Below are positions 19,819-29,105 of a DNA stretch of 64,000 nt, one piece after another. Positions within the stretch are counted from its first letter, which is position 1; every line of letters starts with the position of its first letter. The position numbers were made by a program, and so were the translations under genes. The notes under the pieces are model-generated. The model saw only the letters and a list, made by a program, of their open reading frames with translations. It made no database searches and was not told where the DNA came from. Source of the stretch: a virus; IMG/VR virus record IMGVR_UViG_3300017971_000007; one strand, given 5' to 3'.

Positions 19819-20129
19819 CCCTCCTTTTTCCTGTACTCAATTCCTTTTTCGGTAATGATCCATGTGACTTGAGGCCTGAAGAAGTTATGCGTTCTTACTC
19901 CCTTCGGTTTTCCCTTCACTACCAACCCCAGTTTCTTGGCCTTGCGGATGAGCCCCCAGATTCCCTCAAAGTCTAGATTCTTTATGTCCTTAGTTAGCTC
20001 GTCTTTGGTTTTCGGGGAATCGAGGGCCAGTAGAAACGCCTTCTGTCTTCTAATAACTTCCTCCTTAGAAGGTCTCGTGATTCTTAGCGGAGACGGTCCA
20101 GTCCCTTTGTTCGAATACGGTGCTCTCAT
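19809..20129 (-). CDS. winged-helix protein (paralogue 2)
   Basis: LIRKAKKLGLV...WIITEKG. Confidence 0.7.
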   Translation of the reverse strand: MRAPYSNKGTGPSPLRITRPSKEEVIRRQKAFLLALDSPKTKDELTKDIKNLDFEGIWGLIRKAKKLGLVVKGKPKGVRTHNFFRPQVTWIITEKGIEYRKKEGCW

Positions 20130-20601
20130 ACCTTTTCCCTTTCTCCGTCAAAACATACTTTCTGCAACTCAATGAGTTATCAACCAGTCCCTTGTTCTTC
20201 AATCTAGCAAGTACAGATTTTAGTTTCCTTGATTCGAGCATTGTGTGAGCTTGAATTTGCTTGAACGTCATGGGCTCGTACAACACTCCCATCACTAATA
20301 ACGACCTCCTGTTCATCTCCTTCTTTCCGGCTTTGGTGAATTGCTTCTCCCTGGCCTTAGCCAGGCCGTGTAAGGTATTTATTAACTCGACCGCGAATTT
20401 TCCCATGCCCTTATCCAGAGCCTTCTTTAGGGACGCTTCTTGGATGTCGTTGAGGAGGTCACAGTGATTGAGTATTCGGATTTGTTCTACGAACCACGAA
20501 TCTGTAGGAGCGATTCCTGTAGTATTAGCAGGATTGCGTTTAAGCTTATTATTCTTTTTCTGTGTCCCGCCATTTCCTTTTTTATGAGCTCGGCCTTCCA
20601 T
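20065..20601 (-). CDS. protein with C-terminal winged-helix domain
   Basis: PMTFKQI..LARLKNKGLV..YVLTEKG; start uncertain. Confidence 0.65.
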   Translation of the reverse strand: MEGRAHKKGNGGTQKKNNKLKRNPANTTGIAPTDSWFVEQIRILNHCDLLNDIQEASLKKALDKGMGKFAVELINTLHGLAKAREKQFTKAGKKEMNRRSLLVMGVLYEPMTFKQIQAHTMLESRKLKSVLARLKNKGLVDNSLSCRKYVLTEKGKRYESTVFEQRDWTVSAKNHETF

Positions 20602-20777
20602 TCGATGGCCTCCTCCTTGGTCTGAAATATACCTCGCTGGAAATTGATTCTGGGGGATTTTAACCCGATTTCATGGTCTGTTATCGTGTGGTCATCGAAA
20701 TCTTCTATTTCGACTTCAGTGATTTCATTATCCTCGTAATACGTTTCTATTCTGTACCAAGTTACAGTCTGTTCCAT
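20487..20777 (-). CDS. beta-barrel/coiled-coil family protein
   Basis: IFQTKEEAIEW followed by coiled coil. Confidence 0.65.
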   Translation of the reverse strand: MEQTVTWYRIETYYEDNEITEVEIEDFDDHTITDHEIGLKSPRINFQRGIFQTKEEAIEWKAELIKKEMAGHRKRIISLNAILLILQESLLQIRGS

Positions 20778-21253
20778 ATTTTTTCGTACACCTTATCTAC
20801 GGTTTCCACGAACTTTCTCTCTCGAGCCCCTCCCTTATCCAATGCCACCAGCACCATATCTCTTACTTCGTCTAGTAGGTCCACGCACATACCTAGTATC
20901 GTCGCCTTCTCGATCTCCGATTGCAGAAGACTTGAGAGATACGTTGTCATGTCCGTGTATATTGTTCCTATGATGGTATTCATGTCACGGGCCTCATTCT
21001 TGAGGTGTTGTAGAAATAGGCACCGGAGATAGACGGATTCAAGTTTTTTCTTCTTATTTGTCTTGTTGATTCCCTCCAGATGGTCCTTTAATACCTGAAT
21101 TCCGCCATGACCCCACCCTACGAACAATTCCGATGGCATTCCCAGGAACTCGACTAACGGCATCTCCGGTCTTTCAGATACCCAGAAATTTACGTATTCT
21201 GCTATATCTTCTGGTTTTATTCGCCCCTCAATCATTTTCTCGTAGAATGTCAT
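20762..21253 (-). CDS. hypothetical protein
   Basis: 163 aa, AGGAGG RBS; L.EFLGM motif. Confidence 0.7.
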   Translation of the reverse strand: MTFYEKMIEGRIKPEDIAEYVNFWVSERPEMPLVEFLGMPSELFVGWGHGGIQVLKDHLEGINKTNKKKKLESVYLRCLFLQHLKNEARDMNTIIGTIYTDMTTYLSSLLQSEIEKATILGMCVDLLDEVRDMVLVALDKGGARERKFVETVDKVYEKIWNRL

Positions 21254-21298
21254 TTGTCCTCCTGCTTGGGTTTATTTTCTTGGTCTGGGGGATATCCT

Positions 21299-22213
21299 TT
21301 ATAGGTCATCTTCGTACCCGACGACTATTTCCGCTCTAATAGATTGTAGGTCTTTGATCATCAGGATGCATAGCTTCAGTTGTTCAAATCTCTTTGGCCC
21401 GATGCTGTGATTTTCAGCGATTGATTCCCCTCTCTCAATCCATTCATCTACGGAATGGACCTCACATCCTATTTTTACTGTGTTTGGACTGCAAATCCGT
21501 ATCAGCTCTCCCGCATTTATCATTAGGGGGCGTTGTCTCCAAATTCCTCCGTTTATGAAACAGCCGGGATATGAGCCACAGAGTAATTTAGAGGTACCTA
21601 CTATGAAACTATTGAACAGGTACGAGTTCCTTATGTCAGCATTCTGAGAAACACGAGACTGTCTGCTGATTCTAGAGAAACCGCTTATTATGGCGTAGTC
21701 ACATACTGTTGATTTCTCTTCTACCTGCACATTTCCATGAATAACGGCGTGTCCATTAATATACGAGTCGCGTATTTCCACGTTCTCTCCATCTATAATC
21801 ACATTACCGGTGATTATAGATTCACCGTTTATGGACGTCCCGTCCTTTATTATGGCTTCATCAAACACAACGGATTTCGGCCCTACAAATACCTCATCAT
21901 CTACAGATGCCGTGTTTTTCACCCACCCACCTCCCAGTGGATGTCTGTGCCAATCGGACTCTCGTTCCCTCTCAGAAAAATTACTCACGTGTGAGAACGG
22001 GACTTCTTCTCGCTCATCATCTGATTCCCAGTCAGGAGTGTAATCGAGTTTGACTTCAGAAGAATCCTTTATCTCCGTTATGGTATATGTCCCGGAATTG
22101 GGGCTGTCGAAGTATTCTAGTAATCTTTTTGGGATTCCCCCGATTGTATGGAGGATGTTTTTCGCTACCTCTGTTGGTAGCCAATGTACATCTGATTTTG
22201 TGAACGGCTTCAT
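21299..22213 (-). CDS. hexapeptide-repeat (left-handed beta-helix) protein
   Basis: H..GGGWV..TASV...VFVGPKSVVFDEA.I and repeated IxGxAxI units; IGCEVHS..EW tail. Confidence 0.8.
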   Translation of the reverse strand: MKPFTKSDVHWLPTEVAKNILHTIGGIPKRLLEYFDSPNSGTYTITEIKDSSEVKLDYTPDWESDDEREEVPFSHVSNFSERERESDWHRHPLGGGWVKNTASVDDEVFVGPKSVVFDEAIIKDGTSINGESIITGNVIIDGENVEIRDSYINGHAVIHGNVQVEEKSTVCDYAIISGFSRISRQSRVSQNADIRNSYLFNSFIVGTSKLLCGSYPGCFINGGIWRQRPLMINAGELIRICSPNTVKIGCEVHSVDEWIERGESIAENHSIGPKRFEQLKLCILMIKDLQSIRAEIVVGYEDDL

Positions 22214-22536
22214 TTCTTCCCTCCGATAAAATCCGTGAACGGGATGCGGTAGTCCCTCAATATCCTCTTCCAGGCTCTTTTGTGAAGAAGTCTTTCTAGA
22301 GGTCCCGGCTCCCTGAATGTTGTCATCTCATAGCCGGTACTGGCTGTAGTTTTTGTTTGGAGTCCTATGGCCCTGTTGATGATTTCCAGCTCAGCTAATC
22401 TATCTTTTATTTCTCTTACTAATGCCTTTCTTCTTGCTATCATGCCGGCTGAATCGATATACGGCCTGCCTCTAATGGTCCATTGTCGGTATTCCTCGGA
22501 CGATGGAACCACTACATACTCAAATATTCTCTTCAT
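22210..22536 (-). CDS. hypothetical protein
   Basis: GAGGAG RBS before ATG 22536; avoids overlap with upstream gene. Confidence 0.6.
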   Translation of the reverse strand: MKRIFEYVVVPSSEEYRQWTIRGRPYIDSAGMIARRKALVREIKDRLAELEIINRAIGLQTKTTASTGYEMTTFREPGPLERLLHKRAWKRILRDYRIPFTDFIGGKK

Positions 22537-22565
22537 CTCACTCCTCAGGGCTCTGATAGATTTCC

Positions 22566-22856
22566 TTACTTCTTTATTTCTCCTGACATGACCGGCACAC
22601 ACTTCAGTAAGTTCTCTAAGCTTTTTATTGATTTCTTGTGCGAGGCTATTTTCCTCCGTATCAGGTCTCTCTGTCTTGATTGAGCTCCCTCTATCGTATA
22701 GAACCAATCCCTCGTCGCATATAGGACAGAGTTTCCGTTCGTATTCCATACTGTCGCATATCCTTTCTCGTCCACATCAGCTTCTGTATGGATGATTCCT
22801 TTTGTGAGCGCGTATTTGGCGATAAAGACTTTCTCCTTCATTGCTTCTCCAACCAA
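22566..22856 (-). CDS. beta-barrel/coiled-coil family protein
   Basis: VFIAKYALTKGI...DWFYTIEGA..RKIASHKKSIKSLE. Confidence 0.7.
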   Translation of the reverse strand: MVGEAMKEKVFIAKYALTKGIIHTEADVDEKGYATVWNTNGNSVLYATRDWFYTIEGAQSRQRDLIRRKIASHKKSIKSLENLLKCVPVMSGEIKK

Positions 22857-22896
22857 AAAAACGAATCTAAGGCGATTATTACCCTAGATTCGTTTT

Positions 22897-22925
22897 TCTT
22901 ATACCGAAATGCCGGCGGTTATTCT
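22897..22925 (-). promoter_or_regulatory. putative early promoter (core only)
   Basis: TCGGTATAAGA on - strand; upstream A-tract weak. Confidence 0.5.
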
Positions 22926-23509
22926 TTAAGTATGCACTCCATATAAGGTACTTTTATCCATCCGCTGAAGCCCACGGCTTTACAGAAGTGTCGGTTTTTG
23001 GGGAGCGTTGAAGTGAAACTGACCATCGAGTCCCAGTCTCCTGCCAACGCACTTTTAAGCATCGCAAGCATCTTTTGATATATCTTGTGATAGGGATGAG
23101 ATTTGTTGATAGTCGAGGCGATGTTCCTAAATACATGGAATAGGTTCTTGTTCATATTAGACATGAACAAGTATATATACGCGGCTCTCCTCTTTTCTTC
23201 CGTGCTTATGTCGATGACACGCAGACATCCTCCATCATTGTGCACAATAGCTGTTGTTTTGGCGTCAAAATTCATGTCCATTTGGATACCATTCCATCGT
23301 GGATGACTCCAATTTACGGCGCAATTCGTTAGGTCATCGTGGGTAATTTCTCTGCCTAATCGCTTTTCCATGCACGCTAAGCACAGCATCCCCTTTTCGT
23401 TACCGAATTCGGACCACAGCTCATCCTTAATCATGTAGTAGTCTGCCCTATCTATTACAGTCTTCCCACAATCATCGCACACGTTAACGTTTTTCATTAC
23501 TCCTCCCAT
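22919..23509 (-). CDS. protein with N-terminal Zn finger
   Basis: CDDC..YYM...LW...MLCLACME.RLGR.I. Confidence 0.7.
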   Translation of the reverse strand: MGGVMKNVNVCDDCGKTVIDRADYYMIKDELWSEFGNEKGMLCLACMEKRLGREITHDDLTNCAVNWSHPRWNGIQMDMNFDAKTTAIVHNDGGCLRVIDISTEEKRRAAYIYLFMSNMNKNLFHVFRNIASTINKSHPYHKIYQKMLAMLKSALAGDWDSMVSFTSTLPKNRHFCKAVGFSGWIKVPYMECILKE

Positions 23510-23532
23510 CAGAATTTGAATTACTGACCTCT

Positions 23533-23970
23533 TTATAAGTCGGTCTTGGTACTAACTTCAAATCTTCTATTAAGAATCTTCTCGACCTCCTGTCTGGATT
23601 TCACAAATATTTCGTTTAATCCAGCAGTCATTGATTTAAGGTGCAGATACACAAGACTCCCCTCTTTTTCTTTATCCAGTCTATCATTGCACTCGACGAG
23701 TGATTTCAGTATATATCTCTGCGCGTCTAGAAGGTTGATAATTTTCAGAGATTCATCAGATAATTCAGTTTGATAACCGCGTATGATGTCGCAAAATTTA
23801 ACCTTCAGTGTATTTATAATACCTTCAACCCCCAGCAACATATCGGAGTACAATTCCGCGGCCGTTGTATCGCCATCTTCTTGTGCAGTGGTTACTTTCC
23901 TGGACAGAGAGTCCCATTCTTTTTTGGCGCATTCTAGTGCTACCAACATACCTCTAATCTCATTTTCCAT
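23533..23970 (-). CDS. helical protein (tandem paralogue A)
   Basis: Aligns end to end with 23972..24412. Confidence 0.75.
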   Translation of the reverse strand: MENEIRGMLVALECAKKEWDSLSRKVTTAQEDGDTTAAELYSDMLLGVEGIINTLKVKFCDIIRGYQTELSDESLKIINLLDAQRYILKSLVECNDRLDKEKEGSLVYLHLKSMTAGLNEIFVKSRQEVEKILNRRFEVSTKTDL

Positions 23971-23971
23971 T

Positions 23972-24412
23972 TTATCTCCTTGTACTGGTAAAGGTCCTGT
24001 CTATTCGAAATTTATTGTTAAGAAGGACCATTATTTCCTGTCCCACGATCCTGAAAATCTGGATAAGACCGTCACGCCTAGATCTGAGTGTTTGACAGAC
24101 TTGTCCATCCTGTATTTTGTCTAATTCGTCCTCACACTGCACAATCAATTTCGATACAAATTCTTTGGCGTTTATGAGGTCAATGATTTTTGAAGACTCC
24201 TTAGACAGCGGTTTCTGTTCTGTCAGAGCGTGGTCGAACTCTATTTTCAGTTCCACGATGATGTCATCGACTTCTAGTAGGGACTTGGCATGCATTTCTG
24301 CTGCTTCTGTCTCTTTTGCTTCATTGGCATCGTTTATTAGCTTTACCAGCTTTTCGTGTTCCCCGAACACTCGTTCTAGAGCTCTCAATAAGCCCGGTAT
24401 TTCATCGTTCAT
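23972..24412 (-). CDS. helical protein (tandem paralogue B)
   Basis: Aligns end to end with 23533..23970. Confidence 0.75.
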   Translation of the reverse strand: MNDEIPGLLRALERVFGEHEKLVKLINDANEAKETEAAEMHAKSLLEVDDIIVELKIEFDHALTEQKPLSKESSKIIDLINAKEFVSKLIVQCEDELDKIQDGQVCQTLRSRRDGLIQIFRIVGQEIMVLLNNKFRIDRTFTSTRR

Positions 24413-24788
24413 CTTTATTCTCCCGGTTTAGTCTCCATTCTCGTCCACAGTTTTCACATCTAATTTCGGCTCCGTCAGGAATCGGGAACTCAGTAGAAAC
24501 CATATCCCGTTTATCGATTACATGGCTTTCCCTTCCACTCCAGATGAAAACTGCTGGCAGGCATACGCGCAGGTCTGTACTACCGCAAACACATACTTCC
24601 CGGTGTTCTTCCATGAGATTGAGGTTATGAAGTTTCATGAGGTCCTCAATCTTGAAGAGTTCCTCTTCTCCGTTGCACTTTTTTTGATCCCAGATATTTC
24701 CGTCTTTGTACAGGATTTCTCGAATAGCCTCCACTATTCCTAATAACTCCTCGTACGTGAAGATTTGTGGTGAGTATTTTGGTTTCAT
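24402..24788 (-). CDS. Zn-ribbon protein
   Basis: CVCGS...CENCG; GGAGG RBS. Confidence 0.65.
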   Translation of the reverse strand: MKPKYSPQIFTYEELLGIVEAIREILYKDGNIWDQKKCNGEEELFKIEDLMKLHNLNLMEEHREVCVCGSTDLRVCLPAVFIWSGRESHVIDKRDMVSTEFPIPDGAEIRCENCGREWRLNRENKDER

Positions 24789-24858
24789 TTACTTCCTCCA
24801 TCAAAGTGGCCATCACAGAACCATGATTTACATGCTCTCACCTCCACTTGGTCATGTC

Positions 24859-25452
24859 TCATTGGGTGTATTTCTCCGCCCCTTGGTTTTGGACGTCGTA
24901 GAATTCCTGTTTGTGTCCCAGTTTTTCCCTCATTCTTCTCATTATATTGGATGGCAGGTAGTAGGTGAGACTTTGTCCGCTCACATTCTCCTCGCTCCAT
25001 TCACTCTCCACTAAACACATTCTCAGCTCTACTCTCGTTCCGGGGTTCGATGGAGTGAGAATCCAAGACCCTTGAGCAAGGACTCTTGCCGCCCCTTTTA
25101 CCGCATCAAATAATTTCAAGGGAACGGAACAGAAGTTAATTATCTGACTGTTACTGTCCACACCCCAATTTATCTCCACTATCATGTCTCTGTACCCTGT
25201 CCTCACCTTTGTCATGATATGGACGTAGCATCTCTCGCAGATTCTTCTAAAATGAGTTTTTATGACACCGGTCATCCATCGCGGATATGACCTCGTATCT
25301 CTTAGTAGAAGAAGAACCTGATTAATATCCGCGTTTATGAGTGTCGAGTCTTTAAATCCCAGCAGCCCGCTCTCGTGCTTCCTGTATTTATAGATGTCGT
25401 ACGCGTATTCAATAAATACCCATCTCTCGTTATTCATGAAATCGTCAAACAT
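24859..25452 (-). CDS. START/SRPBCC lipid- or ligand-binding domain protein
   Basis: FK.S..INA.INQV..LL.D..SYPRW, RDMIV, RV..QGSW.LTP..PGTRV and C-terminal helix, typical of helix-grip START fold. Confidence 0.7.
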   Translation of the reverse strand: MFDDFMNNERWVFIEYAYDIYKYRKHESGLLGFKDSTLINADINQVLLLLRDTRSYPRWMTGVIKTHFRRICERCYVHIMTKVRTGYRDMIVEINWGVDSNSQIINFCSVPLKLFDAVKGAARVLAQGSWILTPSNPGTRVELRMCLVESEWSEENVSGQSLTYYLPSNIMRRMREKLGHKQEFYDVQNQGAEKYTQ

Positions 25453-25817
25453 TTGTTCACCTCGTACAGGGTTTCAGCTAGTTCTTCTTTCGTGCGGAAG
25501 GAGTCGGTTGTTACTCCGAACATCAATTCCGGTTTGTCTTCGAACAGAAGATAGACAAGTTTTCCAGAGGCCGCGGCGTATCCGATTTCTACGCACATTC
25601 CTCTTCCTCCAGGCAGCAACGCGACAACAACATCTGATTTCCTCAGGGCATTCATGTCCCTGTCAAAGAATTTCCTGTCTTCCTTCCTGTAATCCTCTTT
25701 TTCTGAGGCCCTCTCTAAGTTCTTGCTGGAATAGACTTGATATCCTAGATACATCAGAAACTGCCTTATTTCGTCAATTCTTGGATGTGTATGTTTCGCG
25801 GATAAGAATATTTTCAT
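25434..25817 (-). CDS. nucleoside 2-deoxyribosyltransferase-like (NDT/Rcl) protein
   Basis: KIFLS, F.RD..AL.KSDVVVA, G..G...EIGYA.A.GK.V motifs. Confidence 0.85.
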   Translation of the reverse strand: MKIFLSAKHTHPRIDEIRQFLMYLGYQVYSSKNLERASEKEDYRKEDRKFFDRDMNALRKSDVVVALLPGGRGMCVEIGYAAASGKLVYLLFEDKPELMFGVTTDSFRTKEELAETLYEVNKCLTIS

Positions 25818-25845
25818 TGTCTCTCCTAAGTAATGAGTTCATCTT

Positions 25846-25875
25846 TCTTATACCGAGAAGGCGCTAATTATTAGC
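25846..25875 (-). promoter_or_regulatory. putative early promoter
   Basis: TCGGTATAAGA on - strand immediately downstream of a terminator. Confidence 0.6.
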
Positions 25876-25906
25876 CAAAAAGAATAGAAGAGGGACTTCT
25901 ATTCTT
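25871..25906 (-). terminator. Rho-independent terminator
   Basis: AAGAATAGAAG/CTTCTATTCTT stem with T-tract on - strand. Confidence 0.7.
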
Positions 25907-25916
25907 ATTCACAGGC

Positions 25917-26396
25917 CTAGGCGTGTTTCCTGAGATATGATTGTCGTAGTGCGTATTTTATGAAGGTTAGTGTCGGCGGGAATAGTTTAATGTTTCTTGT
26001 CTCATCCAGAGTAAGCCATAACCAGGTTTCGCATTTGTCCGGCTCACATTGGTTGGCGAATGTCTCTTCCTTGACTCCTATTTCAAAAAACAACGTGACC
26101 CAGTGTCCGCCATTGAATTTCCCGGAGTCGTATACAGGAAGGATGTCATGGTTTATGAAGGTAGCATCGTCAGGTGTTATGCCAGTTTCTTCTCTGCACT
26201 CCCTGAGAGCGCATTCGAATGGATTTTCTCCAAATTCCAGTCTTCCTCCAGGAAGACCCCAGCATTCATACTCGTCGAACTCGTTCTTTGGACGCAGACC
26301 GAGCAGTATCTCTTCTCCCTTCCACACCGCCAGGGATACCCCTATTCTAGGATTGCTTTGCCGGTCCGGTGTCTGTTTTGTTAGGTATTCAATCAT
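25917..26396 (-). CDS. Nudix hydrolase (MutT/NUDT15-like)
   Basis: Nudix box GGRLEFGENPFECALRECREETGI; PRIGV, HWVTLF, EPDKCE.W. Confidence 0.92.
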   Translation of the reverse strand: MIEYLTKQTPDRQSNPRIGVSLAVWKGEEILLGLRPKNEFDEYECWGLPGGRLEFGENPFECALRECREETGITPDDATFINHDILPVYDSGKFNGGHWVTLFFEIGVKEETFANQCEPDKCETWLWLTLDETRNIKLFPPTLTFIKYALRQSYLRKHA

Positions 26397-26721
26397 CTCT
26401 CCTCCTGCGAAGTTTCCCTTCTTTTATCGATAGCTCGAATCTGATGGAAGAACACTTCCGGTCTATATTTCTTAGTTTTCTCCTTATGACAGTGAGTAAG
26501 TCCTTGGTCTTGATTTCACTGTCCCCTAGCTTTTTCCTGAATTGTTCGCACTTGTCATGGAGCTCCTGGGTCAATTTCTTAGTATCTTCAGAGTCGAATA
26601 TGTCTACTTGAAACGCTGGATCGAATCTATACAAGACAATCAGGAAAACGTCATTTCTGCATGTTATTATCTGGATATCAAGCTTCTTCCACAATTCACT
26701 AATCATCGAAGGATTTGACAC
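26389..26721 (-). CDS. hypothetical protein
   Basis: 110-aa ORF in operon. Confidence 0.55.
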   Translation of the reverse strand: MSNPSMISELWKKLDIQIITCRNDVFLIVLYRFDPAFQVDIFDSEDTKKLTQELHDKCEQFRKKLGDSEIKTKDLLTVIRRKLRNIDRKCSSIRFELSIKEGKLRRRRDD

Positions 26722-26878
26722 TTTTCTTAAACTTCTCCAAATCGGCTTCTTTTTCTTGAATACTTCCTACTTTGGCGGATAACAAGTTGTTGATTCTTTC
26801 ACAAACTTCTTCCATCCGCTCTTCGATCCGCTCTTCGATTACCGTCTCTCATTTTTCCGTATTCCGTCACTTCTTCCT

Positions 26879-27109
26879 CTATCTTTCCTTGAGATGGTTC
26901 CTGAAGGCTTCTATTTTTTTCACCAATTCAGGTTTTGTTCTCGGTTTCTCCAATTCCTTAATCTCATCCGCGGTCAAGGCATAGTACTCGACGTCCATTT
27001 CGTCTAGGACATCGTCTTCTTCACCACTTTCCTCCCAGTTGTTCTTCTCCCTTATGTCGAATAATTTCTCTTCGAGCTCAAAATATCTGCGCAAAGCATG
27101 TTCAGACAT
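26879..27109 (-). CDS. hypothetical protein
   Basis: AGGAGG RBS; 76 aa. Confidence 0.65.
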   Translation of the reverse strand: MSEHALRRYFELEEKLFDIREKNNWEESGEEDDVLDEMDVEYYALTADEIKELEKPRTKPELVKKIEAFRNHLKER

Positions 27110-27118
27110 TCTCTCCTC

Positions 27119-27583
27119 CTACGGTCTGTTTGTGATGCATTGCCCACAATCTCCGCCCACCAACTTATTTCCGCATACCAGGCATCTTCCTTGTTTTTTG
27201 GCGATATTGTCTAGGATATCTTCTTTAAACAATTTGGTCAGTGTATTCAGAATAATGGGAGTATTGAGAAGACCTGGATTCTTCTCAATTTTCGACATTA
27301 TCCCCAAAATACTAGCTTTTATGTCATCCTGATTTACCCATCTCCAAGTTCCGATCCTTCTTCTCCACAATACCTTTTTATCTTCCTCTGGAATGTCCTT
27401 GTACGGTTTCTCTGACCTGATTTCGACTATCCTCGAGCACCAAATTGGCGGAGCTCCGTTCCAGATAAGTGATGCCCCTGTCAGTCCTCCTATTACTCCG
27501 TTTATGATGAATACGTCTTTTGGAGGCAGGCTCACTATTACCTCCATTTTCCTATCCAACAACGCTATGTAATGATTTACCAC
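27119..27583 (-). CDS. protein with C-terminal Zn ribbon
   Basis: CLVC..CGQC. Confidence 0.65.
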   Translation of the reverse strand: MVNHYIALLDRKMEVIVSLPPKDVFIINGVIGGLTGASLIWNGAPPIWCSRIVEIRSEKPYKDIPEEDKKVLWRRRIGTWRWVNQDDIKASILGIMSKIEKNPGLLNTPIILNTLTKLFKEDILDNIAKKQGRCLVCGNKLVGGDCGQCITNRP

Positions 27584-28197
27584 GGCTCTGATTTCTCCTT
27601 ATTTAAGCAGATACCTGCGCTTTTCGCGCATTCTGATACGAATGAGGCTAAATTTACTGCTTCTCTTATGTCATATGACAGGTATTTCGATACAGACAAG
27701 TCTGCTTGAGTATTAGGTCCCCATGTGGCTTTGATACCCAAGAAATTCTCAAATAGGCATGGTTGTAGGATAACAGACGGTAGTACGAGCATGTATGGGT
27801 AGTTTTTATCTTCGTGAGTTCGTATCTCTATTATTATGTCCATAGAGACGTTCTGTTTATTTAGTCCATCATTCAGGACTTTTTTAGACCCCTCTGTGAT
27901 ACTTTTGGAGAACCCTCCATCAAGAATCCTTTTTATAAGAAGTTTCATCTTATCATTTCTGCCGCAGATCACGAGATCTCTATCTATCTCCCTTTTTTCT
28001 TTCATAGTGTATTCTGAGTACACACGCTCTGCGGCCCATGACTTTTTCTTATACTTTTCGGCTCCCAATCCAATCTGTACCCCATTTTCATTCACTGGAA
28101 TAAATGATTGATATCCTCTTCTTATTACCTCCCCTATTGTTTTTTTATCTTTTCTAGTGACAACAGCACCATCTTTTTTTAATATGAACTCTCTCAT
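27577..28197 (-). CDS. hypothetical protein
   Basis: 206 aa, AGGAGG RBS. Confidence 0.7.
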   Translation of the reverse strand: MREFILKKDGAVVTRKDKKTIGEVIRRGYQSFIPVNENGVQIGLGAEKYKKKSWAAERVYSEYTMKEKREIDRDLVICGRNDKMKLLIKRILDGGFSKSITEGSKKVLNDGLNKQNVSMDIIIEIRTHEDKNYPYMLVLPSVILQPCLFENFLGIKATWGPNTQADLSVSKYLSYDIREAVNLASFVSECAKSAGICLNKEKSEPW

Positions 28198-28215
28198 TAA
28201 TCCTCCTGTATCCGT

Positions 28216-28246
28216 GAAAACCCTCTGGGATTCCCAGAGGGTTTTC
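28216..28246. repeat. perfect 15-bp inverted repeat
   Basis: GAAAACCCTCTGGGA-T-TCCCAGAGGGTTTTC, intergenic. Confidence 0.9.
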
Positions 28247-28248
28247 TC

Positions 28249-28539
28249 TTATTTACTGGTTGTCTTGAAAACTAGTAAATCAGTGAAGTCACCCACTTCT
28301 ATGCGGTAAACCTTATCTCTGCGCTCGTATTTGCATTTATCTCTTTCCATTATCTCGTCCAGAGCAATCTCCGGCATTATGTCCTCTGGGTCCTCTCCCG
28401 GGAAAAGATCTTCGCAGATGGCATCCCATTGTTCATCAGGAACACTTATCAGAGCCTGCCAGATGGATGTAGGGGTTTCTGACTTTTCTGTCTCTTCTGG
28501 CTCGTTCTTGTTGTAGATAATCTCTTTCGGTATCTTCAT
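28249..28539 (-). CDS. acidic hypothetical protein
   Basis: 96 aa, coupled. Confidence 0.65.
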   Translation of the reverse strand: MKIPKEIIYNKNEPEETEKSETPTSIWQALISVPDEQWDAICEDLFPGEDPEDIMPEIALDEIMERDKCKYERRDKVYRIEVGDFTDLLVFKTTSK

Positions 28540-29105
28540 TTCCCCTCCTCGCTCCTCAAAACTGGTATTTCGGCAGTCTCTGTTGACCTATCCCATAATT
28601 CTGGGAATACAGGAACGTACCTGGCGAAGGTCTTGTGTGATAAGATCATGGCCGGTTCCCCGAATATAAGTTTCATCCCTAAGAATGAAACTGGGACAGA
28701 CTGAATTTTGAGTCGATTAGACTCTATTGACTCAGAGACTACTGGTATATTTACCCCTCTTGTTAGTGGATCTTTCCATGATTCATGAATTTTCAGATAC
28801 GCGCCTTCGACATTCATTTGATTCAATACATTACGAGCTGTGATCACCTTCTCAGTTAGCTGATGCACTCTTTCGACCACATAAGCCCAACATTGATTGG
28901 ATAAAGGCTCGAGAATATTTTCCCATTTGGCTATAGGAAAATAAGGATTGAAGTACTCTCCTTCCGGGATTTTCATCAACTCAGTCCAATCATCTACGAC
29001 TATCTTCTCCGTGTAGTTGAATCTTGCTATGTCCCAAAATTTCTGAGGGATGAGTGGATTGGCTTTTTTGATGTACTCAATTAACTCAAATCTGTCTTGT
29101 CTCAT
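28536..29105 (-). CDS. hypothetical protein
   Basis: GGAGG RBS before ATG 29105. Confidence 0.65.
   Translation of the reverse strand: MRQDRFELIEYIKKANPLIPQKFWDIARFNYTEKIVVDDWTELMKIPEGEYFNPYFPIAKWENILEPLSNQCWAYVVERVHQLTEKVITARNVLNQMNVEGAYLKIHESWKDPLTRGVNIPVVSESIESNRLKIQSVPVSFLGMKLIFGEPAMILSHKTFARYVPVFPELWDRSTETAEIPVLRSEEGK

Noticed and set aside
22537-22749. Dual-coding overlap (CPIC-containing extension of 22210..22749 over 22566..22856)
   Set aside because: A strong RBS and ATG at 22536 explain the gene without overlap; the overlapped gene belongs to a recognisable family.
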